64,000 nt of DNA from Candidatus Borkfalkia avicola (GCA_019116115.1 DXCF01000005.1:15495-79494), one strand, 5' to 3'. Shown: positions 19,471-29,122, numbered from the stretch's first letter. The notes: generated by a model from the letters alone, not told the origin. Program-made: numbers and translations.

Positions 19471-20091
19471 TCAGATGTACTTTTTCATTTCGGAGATGAG
19501 GGGCAGGATCTCGGCGGCGTGCGTCTTTAAGCTGACCTTGTTGGCGACGAGGCGGGCGGAGATATCGAACACCTCTTCGAGCACGGCGAGCCCGTTGGCG
19601 CGCAGCGTGCCGCCCGACTGCACGATGTCGAAGATGACGTCTGCAAGGCCGGTGAGCGGCGCCAGCTCGATAGAGCCGTTGAGCTTGATGATCTCCGCGT
19701 CTGCGCCGCGGGAGGAAAACAGCTTTTTCGCCGTGTGCGCGTACTTTGTGGCGACGCGCAGGTGCGCGGCGTCCGCAAAGTTTTTCATGGACGGGAAGCC
19801 CGCCACGCACAGCTTGCAGCGTTCGAAGTTCAGATCGAGCATCTCATAGAGATCCGCCTCCGCTTCGAGCAGCGTGTCTTTGCCGACGATGCCGATGTCG
19901 GCGATGCCGTATTCGACGTAGGTGGGAACGTCTGCCGGTTTTACGAAGAAAAAGCGGAACGCCTTGTCCGGCGTTTCGAGCACGAGCCTGCGCGTTTCCT
20001 CTTTGAGGATGCCGGCGCGGATGCCGCATTTTATGAAGATGTCTGCACAGGAATCGGCGAGCCGACCCTTTGCGAGGGCGACGTTGAGCAT
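19471..20091 (-). CDS. hisG: ATP phosphoribosyltransferase, short form
   Basis: VALAKGRL, DVPTYVEYGIADIGIVGKD, GSIELAPLTGLADVI; 206 aa, paired with hisZ. Confidence 0.97.
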   Translation of the reverse strand: MLNVALAKGRLADSCADIFIKCGIRAGILKEETRRLVLETPDKAFRFFFVKPADVPTYVEYGIADIGIVGKDTLLEAEADLYEMLDLNFERCKLCVAGFPSMKNFADAAHLRVATKYAHTAKKLFSSRGADAEIIKLNGSIELAPLTGLADVIFDIVQSGGTLRANGLAVLEEVFDISARLVANKVSLKTHAAEILPLISEMKKYI

Positions 20092-20092
20092 C

Positions 20093-21070
20093 TTATCTCC
20101 CCTCCTTTTTTTCCAGCGCGCGCAGAACGCGCATCATGCCGACGGCGAAGCCGACGGCGGGGAGCTCCCTGCCGAACTGGCCGCACAGGCCGTCGTACCG
20201 CCCGCCCGAGAGAACGGGCGCCCCGACCCCCTCCGCAAGCCCCGTGAACACGATGCCCGAGTAGTAGGAAAGGCTCTTGACGGTGCCGAGGTCGAAGGAG
20301 ACGTACTTTTCCGCCCCGCGCGCTTTCAGGCAGGCGTACACTTCGCCGAGGCGGGAGAGCGCGGAGAGCGCCATCTCGTTATCGGTGAGCGACTTCGCCC
20401 TTTCGAGCACGGAAACGTCGCCGAACAGCGAAGGAAGGGCGAGGATGGCCGCCTGCGCGCGGGCGCTCGCGCCGTTCCTGCGCAGGGCGATCTCGGTGTT
20501 GACGGCGTCTTTCGCGTTGATGTAGCCGCGGATCTCTTCCGCGGCCGCCTCCGAAAGGCCGCTGCCCTCTAAAAGCCCCTTATAAAAGCCGACGTGGCCG
20601 ACGTCGATGATAAACTCCTGAAGGCCCGCCTCGCGCAGGCATCCGGCGGCGAAGGAGATGACGGCGGCGTCTGCCTCCGCGCCGCCCTCGCCGAACAGCT
20701 CGACGCCCGCCTGAAAGACTTCGCGGTCGGAATTGCCGCCGGCGGAGAAATCGTAGATGTCGGTGAAATAGCACAGCCGCGCGCTCTCCGCGCGCAATTT
20801 TGTCGCCGCGATGCGCGCGCAGGCGAGGGTCATGTCCGGCCGCAGCACGATGAGCCTGCCGTCCTTGTCCGTCAGTTTGAACATCTTCTCCTGCCCGACG
20901 GCGCTGCGGATGCCCGCGTAGGTGTCGTAATATTCGAGGCCCGCCGAACGCACGAAACGGAAACCCGCCGCGGCGAATTTGCCGCGCAGGCGCGCTTCCA
21001 GCGCGTCCAGCCGCTCACACTCGTCGGGCAGAATGTCCCTCACGCCTTCCGGCAATCTGAAATAAGCCAT
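20093..21070 (-). CDS. hisZ: ATP phosphoribosyltransferase regulatory subunit
   Basis: HisRS-like LPEGVRD, LRPDMT..CAR, QAGVEL, YYSGIVF, GGRYD. Confidence 0.95.
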   Translation of the reverse strand: MAYFRLPEGVRDILPDECERLDALEARLRGKFAAAGFRFVRSAGLEYYDTYAGIRSAVGQEKMFKLTDKDGRLIVLRPDMTLACARIAATKLRAESARLCYFTDIYDFSAGGNSDREVFQAGVELFGEGGAEADAAVISFAAGCLREAGLQEFIIDVGHVGFYKGLLEGSGLSEAAAEEIRGYINAKDAVNTEIALRRNGASARAQAAILALPSLFGDVSVLERAKSLTDNEMALSALSRLGEVYACLKARGAEKYVSFDLGTVKSLSYYSGIVFTGLAEGVGAPVLSGGRYDGLCGQFGRELPAVGFAVGMMRVLRALEKKEGR

Positions 21071-21140
21071 TTTGATCCTCCGCCTTGCGCATATGCGCCT
21101 GTGCGCGCATCCGGCCGCGCGCCCGCGTTCTTTCCGCTTT

Positions 21141-21170
21141 ATTTTACCATTTTTTGCGCCCGCCTGTCAA
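21141..21170 (-). promoter_or_regulatory. Sigma-A promoter of the his operon
   Basis: Minus strand TTGACA, 18 nt, TAAAAT with TG extension. Confidence 0.65.
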
Positions 21171-21254
21171 TGATATGAAAAAACCGCCCGCAAAAAAGAG
21201 GCGGTTTTCGGGAAATGACTGCACGGTTTTCGCCGCGCCGTCATCTGCGGCGCG

Positions 21255-23264
21255 CTAATTCAGCACCACGTCTGCAAGGGCGGCATATTTTTTTGCGGCG
21301 ACGGCGCGCAGCGCCTCGGTGCCGGGACAGGACACCGCCTCGTCCGCGAGCTTTTTCGCCGTGAAGATGACGGAGGAAGGATAGCGCAGGTTTTTGATGT
21401 CCGAAAGCATCTTCCCGCTCTGGCGGGTGCCCAGAAAATCTCCCCCGCCGCGCATTTCGAGATCGGCTTCGGCGATCCTGAACCCGTCGGTGTTGTTCTT
21501 TATGACGGCGAGCCGCGCGCGCGCCTCCTCCGAATCGGTGCCCATGAGCAGGAAACAGTAGCTCTTTTTGCTGCCGCGCCCCACCCTGCCGCGCAGCTGG
21601 TGCAGCTGCGAAAGCCCGAAACGCTCCGCGTTATAGATGACCATGATGGTCGCGTCGGGCACGTCTATGCCCACCTCGATGACGGTGGTGGATACGAGGC
21701 AGTCGTACTGCTTTGCCTTGAAGGCAGCCATGATCTCCGCCTTTTCCTTCTCCTTCATGCGACCGTGCAGCAGCGCGAAGCGCACGCGGGGAAGGCAGGC
21801 GCGCAGTTCGTCGTACAGTTCGGTGACGCTCATGAGGGAGCCCTCTTCGTCGCCCTCGATCTTGGGGCAGACGAAGTAGCTCTGGTTGCCCTTCGCCGCT
21901 TCCTGCCCGATATATCCGAGCATGTCGTCGTACTTGCGGGAAGGGACGATGCCCGTGACGACGGGCGCGCGTTCGGCGGGCTTGTCTTTTATCTCGGTGA
22001 TGTCGAGGTCGCCGTAAAAGATGAGGGAGAGGGTGCGCGGGATGGGCGTTGCGGACATGACGAGCATATCCGCGCCCGCGCTCTTTTCGCCGAGGGCGGA
22101 GCGCTGCGCCACGCCGAAGCGGTGCTGCTCGTCGCAGACGCAGAAGGCGAGGTCTTTCGCCGCCACGTCGCCCTGCAGGACGGCGTGCGTGCCGCACAGC
22201 ACGGAAATTTCGCCGGAGGCGAACGCCTTTTTGATCGCGCGCTTTTCCGCCGCGGGCGTGGAGCCGGCGAGGAAGGCGGCGGGATATTCGGGGAGATAGC
22301 GCTGCACGAGGGCGAAGTTCTGCGCGGCGAGCACCTCCGTAGGCGCGAGGAATGCCGCCTGATGCCCGCTCTTTGCCGCCATGAAGATGCCCGCGAGGGC
22401 GACCGCCGTTTTGCCGCTGCCGACGTCGCCCTGCAAAAGCCTGTTCATGCGGGTGGGCGCGCGCAGGTTCTCAAAGACAGCCCTGACCGCCGCCTTCTGC
22501 CCCGCCGTGAAGGGGAAGGGAAAGCGGGCGGCGAAGTCTGCCACGTCCTGCCCGGTGCAGGTGTAGGAAAAGGCGCGGGGATCCTCTTTGCCGCCCTTGA
22601 TGAGGCGGAAGGCGGAGATGAGGATGAAATATTCCTCGAGGGCGATGCGGGCGGCGCCCTCTTCCGCCTCGGCGAGCGTTTGGGGGGCGTGTACCTTGCG
22701 GTATGCCTCCGCGAGGGAGGAAAGCCCGTATTTGCGCGCGAGCTGCGGCGGCACGACGGTTTGCGGCGGGCAGGCGGCAAGCGCGGCGCGGACGGCGTCG
22801 CGCACGCAGCGCTGGGTCAGCGCGCCTTTCAGACCGTACACGGGGACGATGCCCTTTAAGCGGTAGTTTTTATCCCGCGGTTCAAAGGAAGGGTTGACCA
22901 TAGAGGGCGCGCCCGTGCCCCACTTGTTGGTGATGCGGCCGTAAAAGAGGTACTCTTCCCCCGCGCGCAGGTTGTTTTTTACATAGGGCGCGTTGAACCA
23001 GACGGCGGAAAAGCGTTCGCCGCCCTGGTCGCACCACACCTTTACGAAGGGCCGACGGCCGTAGACGGACTGCGGCTCGGTCATGACGCGGCAGGAAAGC
23101 AGGACGATGTCGTTGTGGTAGCACTGCGAGAGCTTCTGCTGCTGCGTGAGGTCGAGATAAGAGCGCGGAAAGTACCGGACGAGATCTTCTGCGGTAAAAA
23201 TATTCAGTTTGTTGAGGTCTTTTTCCCTTTTTTCGGAAATGCCCCGCAGTTCTTTCAGCTGCAA
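21255..23264 (-). CDS. recG: ATP-dependent DNA helicase RecG
   Basis: TTG start; LQGDVGSGKT, DEQHRFGV, MSATPIPRTL, QLRGRVGRG. Confidence 0.97.
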   Translation of the reverse strand: MQLKELRGISEKREKDLNKLNIFTAEDLVRYFPRSYLDLTQQQKLSQCYHNDIVLLSCRVMTEPQSVYGRRPFVKVWCDQGGERFSAVWFNAPYVKNNLRAGEEYLFYGRITNKWGTGAPSMVNPSFEPRDKNYRLKGIVPVYGLKGALTQRCVRDAVRAALAACPPQTVVPPQLARKYGLSSLAEAYRKVHAPQTLAEAEEGAARIALEEYFILISAFRLIKGGKEDPRAFSYTCTGQDVADFAARFPFPFTAGQKAAVRAVFENLRAPTRMNRLLQGDVGSGKTAVALAGIFMAAKSGHQAAFLAPTEVLAAQNFALVQRYLPEYPAAFLAGSTPAAEKRAIKKAFASGEISVLCGTHAVLQGDVAAKDLAFCVCDEQHRFGVAQRSALGEKSAGADMLVMSATPIPRTLSLIFYGDLDITEIKDKPAERAPVVTGIVPSRKYDDMLGYIGQEAAKGNQSYFVCPKIEGDEEGSLMSVTELYDELRACLPRVRFALLHGRMKEKEKAEIMAAFKAKQYDCLVSTTVIEVGIDVPDATIMVIYNAERFGLSQLHQLRGRVGRGSKKSYCFLLMGTDSEEARARLAVIKNNTDGFRIAEADLEMRGGGDFLGTRQSGKMLSDIKNLRYPSSVIFTAKKLADEAVSCPGTEALRAVAAKKYAALADVVLN

Positions 23265-23365
23265 GCCGCGCCTCCTTCGAGGAATATTCGCAGAGCGCCG
23301 CGCGGGCGGCGCGGGAAATCATCAAAAAACGGCGGGTTTTGCCCCGCCGCGTTCTCTTCCGTTTT

Positions 23366-25009
23366 TTATTCGAGCGATACGATGTAATAGTAGATGGGCT
23401 GGCCGCCGAAGTGGAAGTCTACGTCGCAGTCGGGGAACTGCTCCCCCACGCGCGCGGCGAGCGCCTCTGCCTGCTCTTCGGAGACATCCTGCCCGTAATA
23501 GAGGGTGATGATCTCGTGCGAGCTGTCTTTCAGCCTGCCGACGAGGGAAAGGAGGGTATCCTCCACGTTGTCCCCTTTGGCGAGGATCTTTTTGTCGTCA
23601 AGCCCGATGATGTCCCCTTCTTTGAGGTCGAACCCGTTGACGGAGGTGGAGCGGACGGCATATGTAACCTGCCCCGCGCGCACGTTGTCGATCGCGTGGA
23701 TCATGTCCGTCTTGTTCTCTTCGGCGGAGGCTTCGGGGTTGAACGCGAGCGCGGCGGCGAAGCCCTGCGGCACGTTTTTGGTGGGGATGACGTGTATGGT
23801 GCGCTTTTCGACGAGCGCCTTCGCCTGTTCGGCGGCAAGGATGATGTTTTTGTTGTTGGGGAACACGAATACGTGCTCGGCGTTGATCTTCTGCACGGCG
23901 GAGGCGATGTCGCTCGCGCTCGGGTTCATGGTCTGCCCGCCCTCGATGACGCGGTCTACGAGCAGGTCTTTGAAGATGGCGGCAATGCCCTCGCCCGTGC
24001 AGATGGCGAGCATGCCCATCTCCTTCTTTTCCGCCTCGCGCTTGGCGCGCAGCGCCCTGTTCTGTTCGAGCATATTTTCGATCTTGACGCGGTCGAGCTC
24101 GCCCAGTTCGACGGCGTATTGCAGCGCAAGCCCCGGGGTGTTCGTGTGGACGTGCACCTTGACCAGCTCGAGGTCTCCGATGCAGATGACGGAATCGCCG
24201 ATGCGCATGAGCTTCTCTTTGAGGCGGTCTATATCGGCGAGAGTGGTGGATTTTTTCAGGTTGATGACGAAAAACTCGGTGCAGTAGGCAAACTCGATCT
24301 CACCGAGGTCGAGGTTGATGATGTCTGAATTGTCGCCGAACACGTCTTCGTCGGATTTGGACGCCTCGGGCGCGACATATTCTTCGGCGACCTCTTCGCC
24401 GTTGAGAACGCCCAAAAAGCCGCGGTAGATGCACAGAAGCCCCATGCCGCCCGAATCGACGACGCCCGCCTTTTTGAGGACGGGAAGGAGCTCGGGCGTC
24501 TGCGCGAGCGCCTCTTCGCCCTTTTTGATGACGTCGGCGAGGAAGTCGGAAAAATCGCGGTATCTGGACGCGGAGTTGCGGGCAAACTCGCTCATCAGGC
24601 GCGCCACGGTGAGCATGGTGCCCTCTTTGGGCTTGGAAACGGCGGAATAGGCGACTCTGGTGCCGTTCTCCATCGCCTTCGCGAACACCTTGATGGTGAT
24701 GGTGTCCGCATTCTTGATCTCCGCGCAGATGCCGCGGAAGAGCTGGGAGAGGATGACGCCCGAGTTGCCGCGCGCGCCTTTCAGGGCGCCTTTGGAAACG
24801 GCGTCGCACATCTCGGAAAGGCGGTTGGACGTGCACACGGACAGCTCGCGCACGGCGGACTGTATGGTCAGCGACATATTGGTGCCCGTATCGCCGTCCG
24901 GCACGGGGAACACGTTGAGCGAATCGACCTTCGCCCTGTTTATTTCAAGTACCCTGGCACCGGAGAGGATCATCTTCCTGAACTCGGTGCCGCCTATGGT
25001 TTTCGGCAT
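23366..25009 (-). CDS. fakA: DAK2-domain fatty acid kinase subunit A (YloV)
   Basis: Start reassigned to MPKTIGG; LNVFPVPDGDTGTNM, GARGNSGVILSQ, GGQTMNPS, GGQPIYYYIVSLE. Confidence 0.93.
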   Translation of the reverse strand: MPKTIGGTEFRKMILSGARVLEINRAKVDSLNVFPVPDGDTGTNMSLTIQSAVRELSVCTSNRLSEMCDAVSKGALKGARGNSGVILSQLFRGICAEIKNADTITIKVFAKAMENGTRVAYSAVSKPKEGTMLTVARLMSEFARNSASRYRDFSDFLADVIKKGEEALAQTPELLPVLKKAGVVDSGGMGLLCIYRGFLGVLNGEEVAEEYVAPEASKSDEDVFGDNSDIINLDLGEIEFAYCTEFFVINLKKSTTLADIDRLKEKLMRIGDSVICIGDLELVKVHVHTNTPGLALQYAVELGELDRVKIENMLEQNRALRAKREAEKKEMGMLAICTGEGIAAIFKDLLVDRVIEGGQTMNPSASDIASAVQKINAEHVFVFPNNKNIILAAEQAKALVEKRTIHVIPTKNVPQGFAAALAFNPEASAEENKTDMIHAIDNVRAGQVTYAVRSTSVNGFDLKEGDIIGLDDKKILAKGDNVEDTLLSLVGRLKDSSHEIITLYYGQDVSEEQAEALAARVGEQFPDCDVDFHFGGQPIYYYIVSLE

Positions 25010-25043
25010 GGAAAAACTTTCTCCTTTCAGCGAAAGAGGGAGG

Positions 25044-25394
25044 TCACAGCTTGACCCCGATAATGTTGACATTGACCGTATCGACGATCATGCCCGTAAA
25101 CTTTTCGACGCGGTATTTGACGCCCTCTTTGAGGGATTCCGCCACGGCGTTGATGGAGACGCCGAACTTGATGATCACATACACGTCGATGTAGATGCGG
25201 TCTCCGCTGGTGGTGACCTTTACGCCCCTGCCCTGCGAGGGCTTGTTGAAGAGCTCGGCGAGGCTGTCGGTAAAACGGCGCGCGACGGTTTCGACGATGC
25301 CGTAACATTCCATCGCCGCCTGCGACGCGACCTTTGCGATCGCCATATCTGAAATTGTGATCTTGCCATAGGCATTGCTCGTATTTACAGACAT
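25044..25394 (-). CDS. yloU: Asp23/Gls24 family protein (YloU)
   Basis: YGKITIS, MECYGIVE, DVYVIIKFGVSI; conserved position between rpmB and yloV. Confidence 0.9.
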   Translation of the reverse strand: MSVNTSNAYGKITISDMAIAKVASQAAMECYGIVETVARRFTDSLAELFNKPSQGRGVKVTTSGDRIYIDVYVIIKFGVSINAVAESLKEGVKYRVEKFTGMIVDTVNVNIIGVKL

Positions 25395-25519
25395 AAAGAG
25401 GCCACTCCCGTATCGACACTATTTTATACTATTTTCCCCTGTTTGGCAAGAGAAAATTTTACAAAGCGCGCTATTTTTTTATTTTTAATGAAATTTTGCC
25501 GAAAAAGAGGCAAAATTGA

Positions 25520-25548
25520 TTGCTTTTTTTTTCGCTTTTTGGTATAGT
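25520..25548 (+). promoter_or_regulatory. Sigma-A promoter of rpmB
   Basis: TTGCTT, 17 nt, TATAGT. Confidence 0.6.
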
Positions 25549-25622
25549 ATCCATGCTCGCTTCGGGCGGGCGGGGCGATGCTGCCCTGTTTTTTCTTTGA
25601 ATCAACCTCGGAGGTGAGTTAT

Positions 25623-25811
25623 ATGTCGAGAGTATGCAGCGTATGCGGCAAGGGGCAGGATTCCGGCAACAACGTGAGCCACAGCAACCGCAAGACGAGG
25701 AGAACCTTCAAAGCCAACGTGCAGAAGGTCAAGCTCGTGAAAGACGGAAAGGTGGAATCCGCTTACGTCTGCGCCCGTTGCCTGAAAAGCGACAAAGTGG
25801 AGCGCGCGTAA
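25623..25811 (+). CDS. rpmB: 50S ribosomal protein L28 (Cys-containing, Zn-binding type)
   Basis: [11 protein letters not shown]...GNNVSHS.RKTRR.F..NVQ...VCARCLKS; GGAGG RBS. Confidence 0.96.
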   Translation: MSRVCSVCGKGQDSGNNVSHSNRKTRRTFKANVQKVKLVKDGKVESAYVCARCLKSDKVERA

Positions 25812-25837
25812 GTTTCGGATTTTTATAAGAAACGCCG

Positions 25838-25873
25838 AAAGCGGCGGGAACGGTTCGTTCCCGCCGCTTTTTT
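25838..25873. terminator. Intrinsic terminator between convergent rpmB and the lipoprotein gene
   Basis: aaagcggcgggaac-ggttc-gttcccgccgctttttt. Confidence 0.8.
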
Positions 25874-25882
25874 GGGTGAAAT

Positions 25883-26482
25883 TCAATATTCGATGACGGA
25901 GATATAGACGTCGTCGGCTATGAACACGGTGAAGGAGCCGCTGCCCGTAACTTCTCCGCTGCGGGCGGAGCGGTCTTCGTAGGAAAAGGTGTACTCGGTG
26001 CCGTCTGCCTTGTACCCGAGCGCGACGGCGCCCGTGTAAGCGGACGGGTCGGGGAGGTTCACCTGGAATTTGTCCAGCGGCATCCGCGCGCTCCACGCGT
26101 ACAGCGGCTCCGCCGCGAGATACGGCTCTTCGGCGAGCGTTTTCCCCGCCATGCCGAGGGCATCGTACACGGCGGCGGCGCCCTCCTCGTTCGCAACGCC
26201 TGCCTTTTCGGCAAACAGCGAACCTGCCCCGTAGGTATAGGTGAAGACGACGCCGAAGGACTGTACCGGATCCGCGAGAACGAAGGGAGAGATGACGTCT
26301 ACGACCTTGCCCTCGACGGCGTTCCCCTCTCCGCTCTGCGAGATGACCCTGTACACGTCTCCGTCGCGGAAGTAGATCTCCCCTTCCGCGGGAACATATG
26401 CGGGGGCGCATGCCGCCGAGGACAGGAGAAACAGGCACGCCGCCGCGGCGGCGGCTGCCGTGAACATTCTTTTCACAAACAT
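25883..26482 (-). CDS. Hypothetical secreted protein, probable lipoprotein
   Basis: 199 aa; basic N-terminus, Ala-rich hydrophobic stretch, SAAC lipobox-like; own promoter TTGACA-17-TATGAT at 26509-26537. Confidence 0.7.
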   Translation of the reverse strand: MFVKRMFTAAAAAAACLFLLSSAACAPAYVPAEGEIYFRDGDVYRVISQSGEGNAVEGKVVDVISPFVLADPVQSFGVVFTYTYGAGSLFAEKAGVANEEGAAAVYDALGMAGKTLAEEPYLAAEPLYAWSARMPLDKFQVNLPDPSAYTGAVALGYKADGTEYTFSYEDRSARSGEVTGSGSFTVFIADDVYISVIEY

Positions 26483-26559
26483 TTTCCGACCCTCCTTTTT
26501 CCGATGCCATCATACCACAAAAATGCGCGTTTGTCAATACCAAAACAAAAAAGAAAATA

Positions 26560-26593
26560 CGGCGGGGAACAGACCGTTCCCCGCCGCTTTTTT
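26560..26593. terminator. Intrinsic terminator downstream of the SpoVM-like ORF
   Basis: cggcggggaac-agacc-gttccccgccg with T tract on the + side and A-rich tract on the other. Confidence 0.7.
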
Positions 26594-26602
26594 CTCTTTG
26601 GT

Positions 26603-26686
26603 TTATCCTCTGTGCAGGATGCCGCGGACGCCCCGCAGCACGGCGCGCACCGCCGAAGGCGGCCTGACGCAGATGATGCGTATCAT
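26603..26686 (-). CDS. spoVM: SpoVM-like amphipathic peptide, 27 aa (not in ORF track)
   Basis: MIRIICVRPPSAVRAVLRGVRGILHRG; GGAGG RBS; ATG overlaps the thiN stop; Pro at position 9; syntenic with B. subtilis rpe-thiN-spoVM-rpmB. Confidence 0.7.
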   Translation of the reverse strand: MIRIICVRPPSAVRAVLRGVRGILHRG

Positions 26687-27288
26687 ATGAGTTCCTCCCG
26701 CACGATGAATACGAAGAGCGTGCCTGCGTCGCAGACAATGTGCGCCGCATCCGCCTCGACCACGTTGCTGACGCCGCGGCAGCTGCCCGCGGCGAGCGTG
26801 AGGTCCTGAAGCGGATATTTCAGCCCTTCACTCTCTATGATATGCGCCTTCTCCCCCACGGGTGCGAGGGAGAGCGTTCTTCCGCGCAGGTTTTTCCATT
26901 CCGCCCTGCCGGAGGCGCAATAAATATCGGTGTAGTTTGTGTGCAGCGTCGCCTTCGCGCCGCGCAAAAACGCCGCGTACGCGAGCTGGAGATTGCCGAA
27001 AAAATGATCGTCTCTCCCGCCGCCGCAGCCGTAAATTTCTATCTTTTTATACCCGCGCGCAAGAAGGAGCCCGAGGGCGATTTCGCCGTCGGTGAAGTTC
27101 TTTTCCGCGGGGTAGACCTCCGCGCCCGCGGGGATGTAGCCGAGGGAGTCGAAGTCGCCCGCCTTTACGTCGATGCGCGTTCTGCCCTCCGCCCAGCGAA
27201 GGGCGCCGTCGCAGCAGACGGTGAACCCCGCAGAGATCTCCCCTTTATACGGCTCGCCGTTGAGGAGGATGACGCCGCGTTCAGGCAT
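26683..27288 (-). CDS. thiN: Thiamine diphosphokinase
   Basis: CCDGAL, GDFDSL, EKNFTDGEIAL, GGRDDHFFGNL, GLKYPL, GVSN. Confidence 0.93.
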   Translation of the reverse strand: MPERGVILLNGEPYKGEISAGFTVCCDGALRWAEGRTRIDVKAGDFDSLGYIPAGAEVYPAEKNFTDGEIALGLLLARGYKKIEIYGCGGGRDDHFFGNLQLAYAAFLRGAKATLHTNYTDIYCASGRAEWKNLRGRTLSLAPVGEKAHIIESEGLKYPLQDLTLAAGSCRGVSNVVEADAAHIVCDAGTLFVFIVREELI

Positions 27289-27937
27289 TTTTCAGCCTCC
27301 GTATGGTGGCTGCCATGTCCTTTGCGCTGAACACGGTGTTGCCGGCGACGAGGATGTTGACGCCCGCGGCGATGACCTGCGCCGCGTTCGCTTCGGTGAT
27401 GCCGCCGTCCATCTCGATATCGCAGGAAAGCCCGCTGCTTTCGAGGAAGGAATACGCCTCCTCCGCCTTTGCGAGGGTGCGCTCTATGAGCTTCTGCCCG
27501 CCGCGGCCGGGGTATACGCTCATGACCAGCAGCATATCGGCATACGGGAGGACGTCGTAAATGCTCTTTACGGGGGTATCGGGGCTGACGGAAAGCCCCG
27601 CCTTTACGCCCAGCGCGCGGATGCTTTGCAGTACCTCGCGCGTCTTGTCTATGGTCGCCTCGAAGTGGACGGTGATGCGGCTTGCCCCCGCCGCGGCGAA
27701 CGTTTCTATCTTGTTCTGCGGCTGCACGCACATCAGGTGCACGTCGAGCGGGAGCGACGTGTGCCTGCGCACCGCCGCGACCATGTCGGAGCCGAATGTG
27801 ATCTTCGGCACGAAAGACCCGTCCATCACGTCGCAGTGGATCATGTCTGCGCCCGCGCGCTCCAGTTTTTCCACTGCTTCGCCCATCGCCGCAAAATCGG
27901 CAGAGAGAATCGACGGTGCTACGAGAATTTCCCTCAT
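27281..27937 (-). CDS. rpe: Ribulose-phosphate 3-epimerase
   Basis: APSILSADF, HCDVMDGSFVPKITFG, LDVHLM, EMDGGI, VAGN; promoter TTGACA-17-TATGAT at 28000-28028. Confidence 0.96.
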   Translation of the reverse strand: MREILVAPSILSADFAAMGEAVEKLERAGADMIHCDVMDGSFVPKITFGSDMVAAVRRHTSLPLDVHLMCVQPQNKIETFAAAGASRITVHFEATIDKTREVLQSIRALGVKAGLSVSPDTPVKSIYDVLPYADMLLVMSVYPGRGGQKLIERTLAKAEEAYSFLESSGLSCDIEMDGGITEANAAQVIAAGVNILVAGNTVFSAKDMAATIRRLKNA

Positions 27938-28057
27938 ATTTCACCTCCGCGGCCGCCCGCCCTTTTCCGGTGCGCGGCGGCAACTTTTATTACCCGTTTA
28001 TCATAACAGAAAGCGGCAGTTTTGTCAAGGGGCGGGGAACGTTCCCCTGCCCCGTTT

Positions 28058-29122
28058 TCACGCTTTTTTGTCCTCGCCCTGCGTGCGGGCGCGCAGGTAG
28101 CCCGCGCGCAGCTGCCCGCAGGCGCCGCCGATGTCCGCGCCCGTGCGGCGGCGCAGCGTCGCCGAAATGCCGGCGCCTTCCAGCGCGCCCAGAAAGCGGT
28201 ACGCCTGCTTTTCGGAGGTGCCTTTGAGCTTGCGTTCCTTCACCTCGTTGAGGCGGATGAGGTTGACGTGGCAGGGTCTGCCCTTCAGAAGTTTTGCCAG
28301 CGCTTCCGCGTGGGCAAGGTCGGCGTTTTCCCCCTCGATGAGGGAGTACTCGAAGATATAGCGTCGGCCGGTCTTTTCAAAATAATTGTCGCACGCTTTG
28401 AGGATATCGGCGATGGAAAAGGCGTTGGCGACGGGCATGGTGCGGCGGCGCTCCGCGTCCGCAGAGGCGTGCAGGGATACCGTGAGGTTGACGGGGATGC
28501 CCTCCTCCGCGAGGTCGTACATCTTCGGCACGATGCCGCAGGTGGAGAGGGAGATGTTGCGCGGGCTGATGCAGATGCCGCCCTGCGCGGTGATATTGCG
28601 CAGGAATTTTACGGTGTTTCCGTAATTGTCAAGCGGCTCGCCGCTGCCCATGAGCACGACGTTGGTGACGGCGCGCTTTTCGGGCGTGCCGCCGCAGCGG
28701 GCGTTGATGACGAGCACTTCGCAGAGGATCTCGCCGGCGGTGAGGTCGCGGATGAGCCCGTTCAGCCCCGAAGCGCAGAAGGTGCAGCCCATGCGGCAGC
28801 CCACCTGCGTGGACACGCACTGCGTGTTGCCGTACTTGTAGCGCATGAGCACGCCCTCGATGAGGTTGCCGTCTGCAAGCTCGAAGAGGTATTTTTCGGT
28901 GCCGTCTTCGGCGGTGAGCACCTCGCGCACCTTTACGGGTTCGTCTTCGAAGCGTTCGAGAAGGCGGTCTTTGAAGGCTTTGGAAAGTTCGGTGATCTCC
29001 GAAACGCGCTTGCCGCGCATCAGGCCGCGGTACAGCTGCCCGGCGCGGAATTTTTTTTCGCCCATCCCCTGCACGAGCGCTTCCAGCTCGGGAAGAGAGA
29101 GGTCTTGCAGGATCTCCTTCAT
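28058..29122 (-). CDS. rlmN: 23S rRNA m2A2503 methyltransferase (radical SAM)
   Basis: CVSTQVGCRMGCTFCASG, VLMGSGEPLDN, DIGGACGQL. Confidence 0.96.
   Translation of the reverse strand: MKEILQDLSLPELEALVQGMGEKKFRAGQLYRGLMRGKRVSEITELSKAFKDRLLERFEDEPVKVREVLTAEDGTEKYLFELADGNLIEGVLMRYKYGNTQCVSTQVGCRMGCTFCASGLNGLIRDLTAGEILCEVLVINARCGGTPEKRAVTNVVLMGSGEPLDNYGNTVKFLRNITAQGGICISPRNISLSTCGIVPKMYDLAEEGIPVNLTVSLHASADAERRRTMPVANAFSIADILKACDNYFEKTGRRYIFEYSLIEGENADLAHAEALAKLLKGRPCHVNLIRLNEVKERKLKGTSEKQAYRFLGALEGAGISATLRRRTGADIGGACGQLRAGYLRARTQGEDKKA

Noticed and set aside
21071-21250. T-box or His-leader attenuator for the his operon
   Set aside because: Leader is too short, with no T-box consensus and no His-codon run; the upstream hairpins are better explained as recG terminators.
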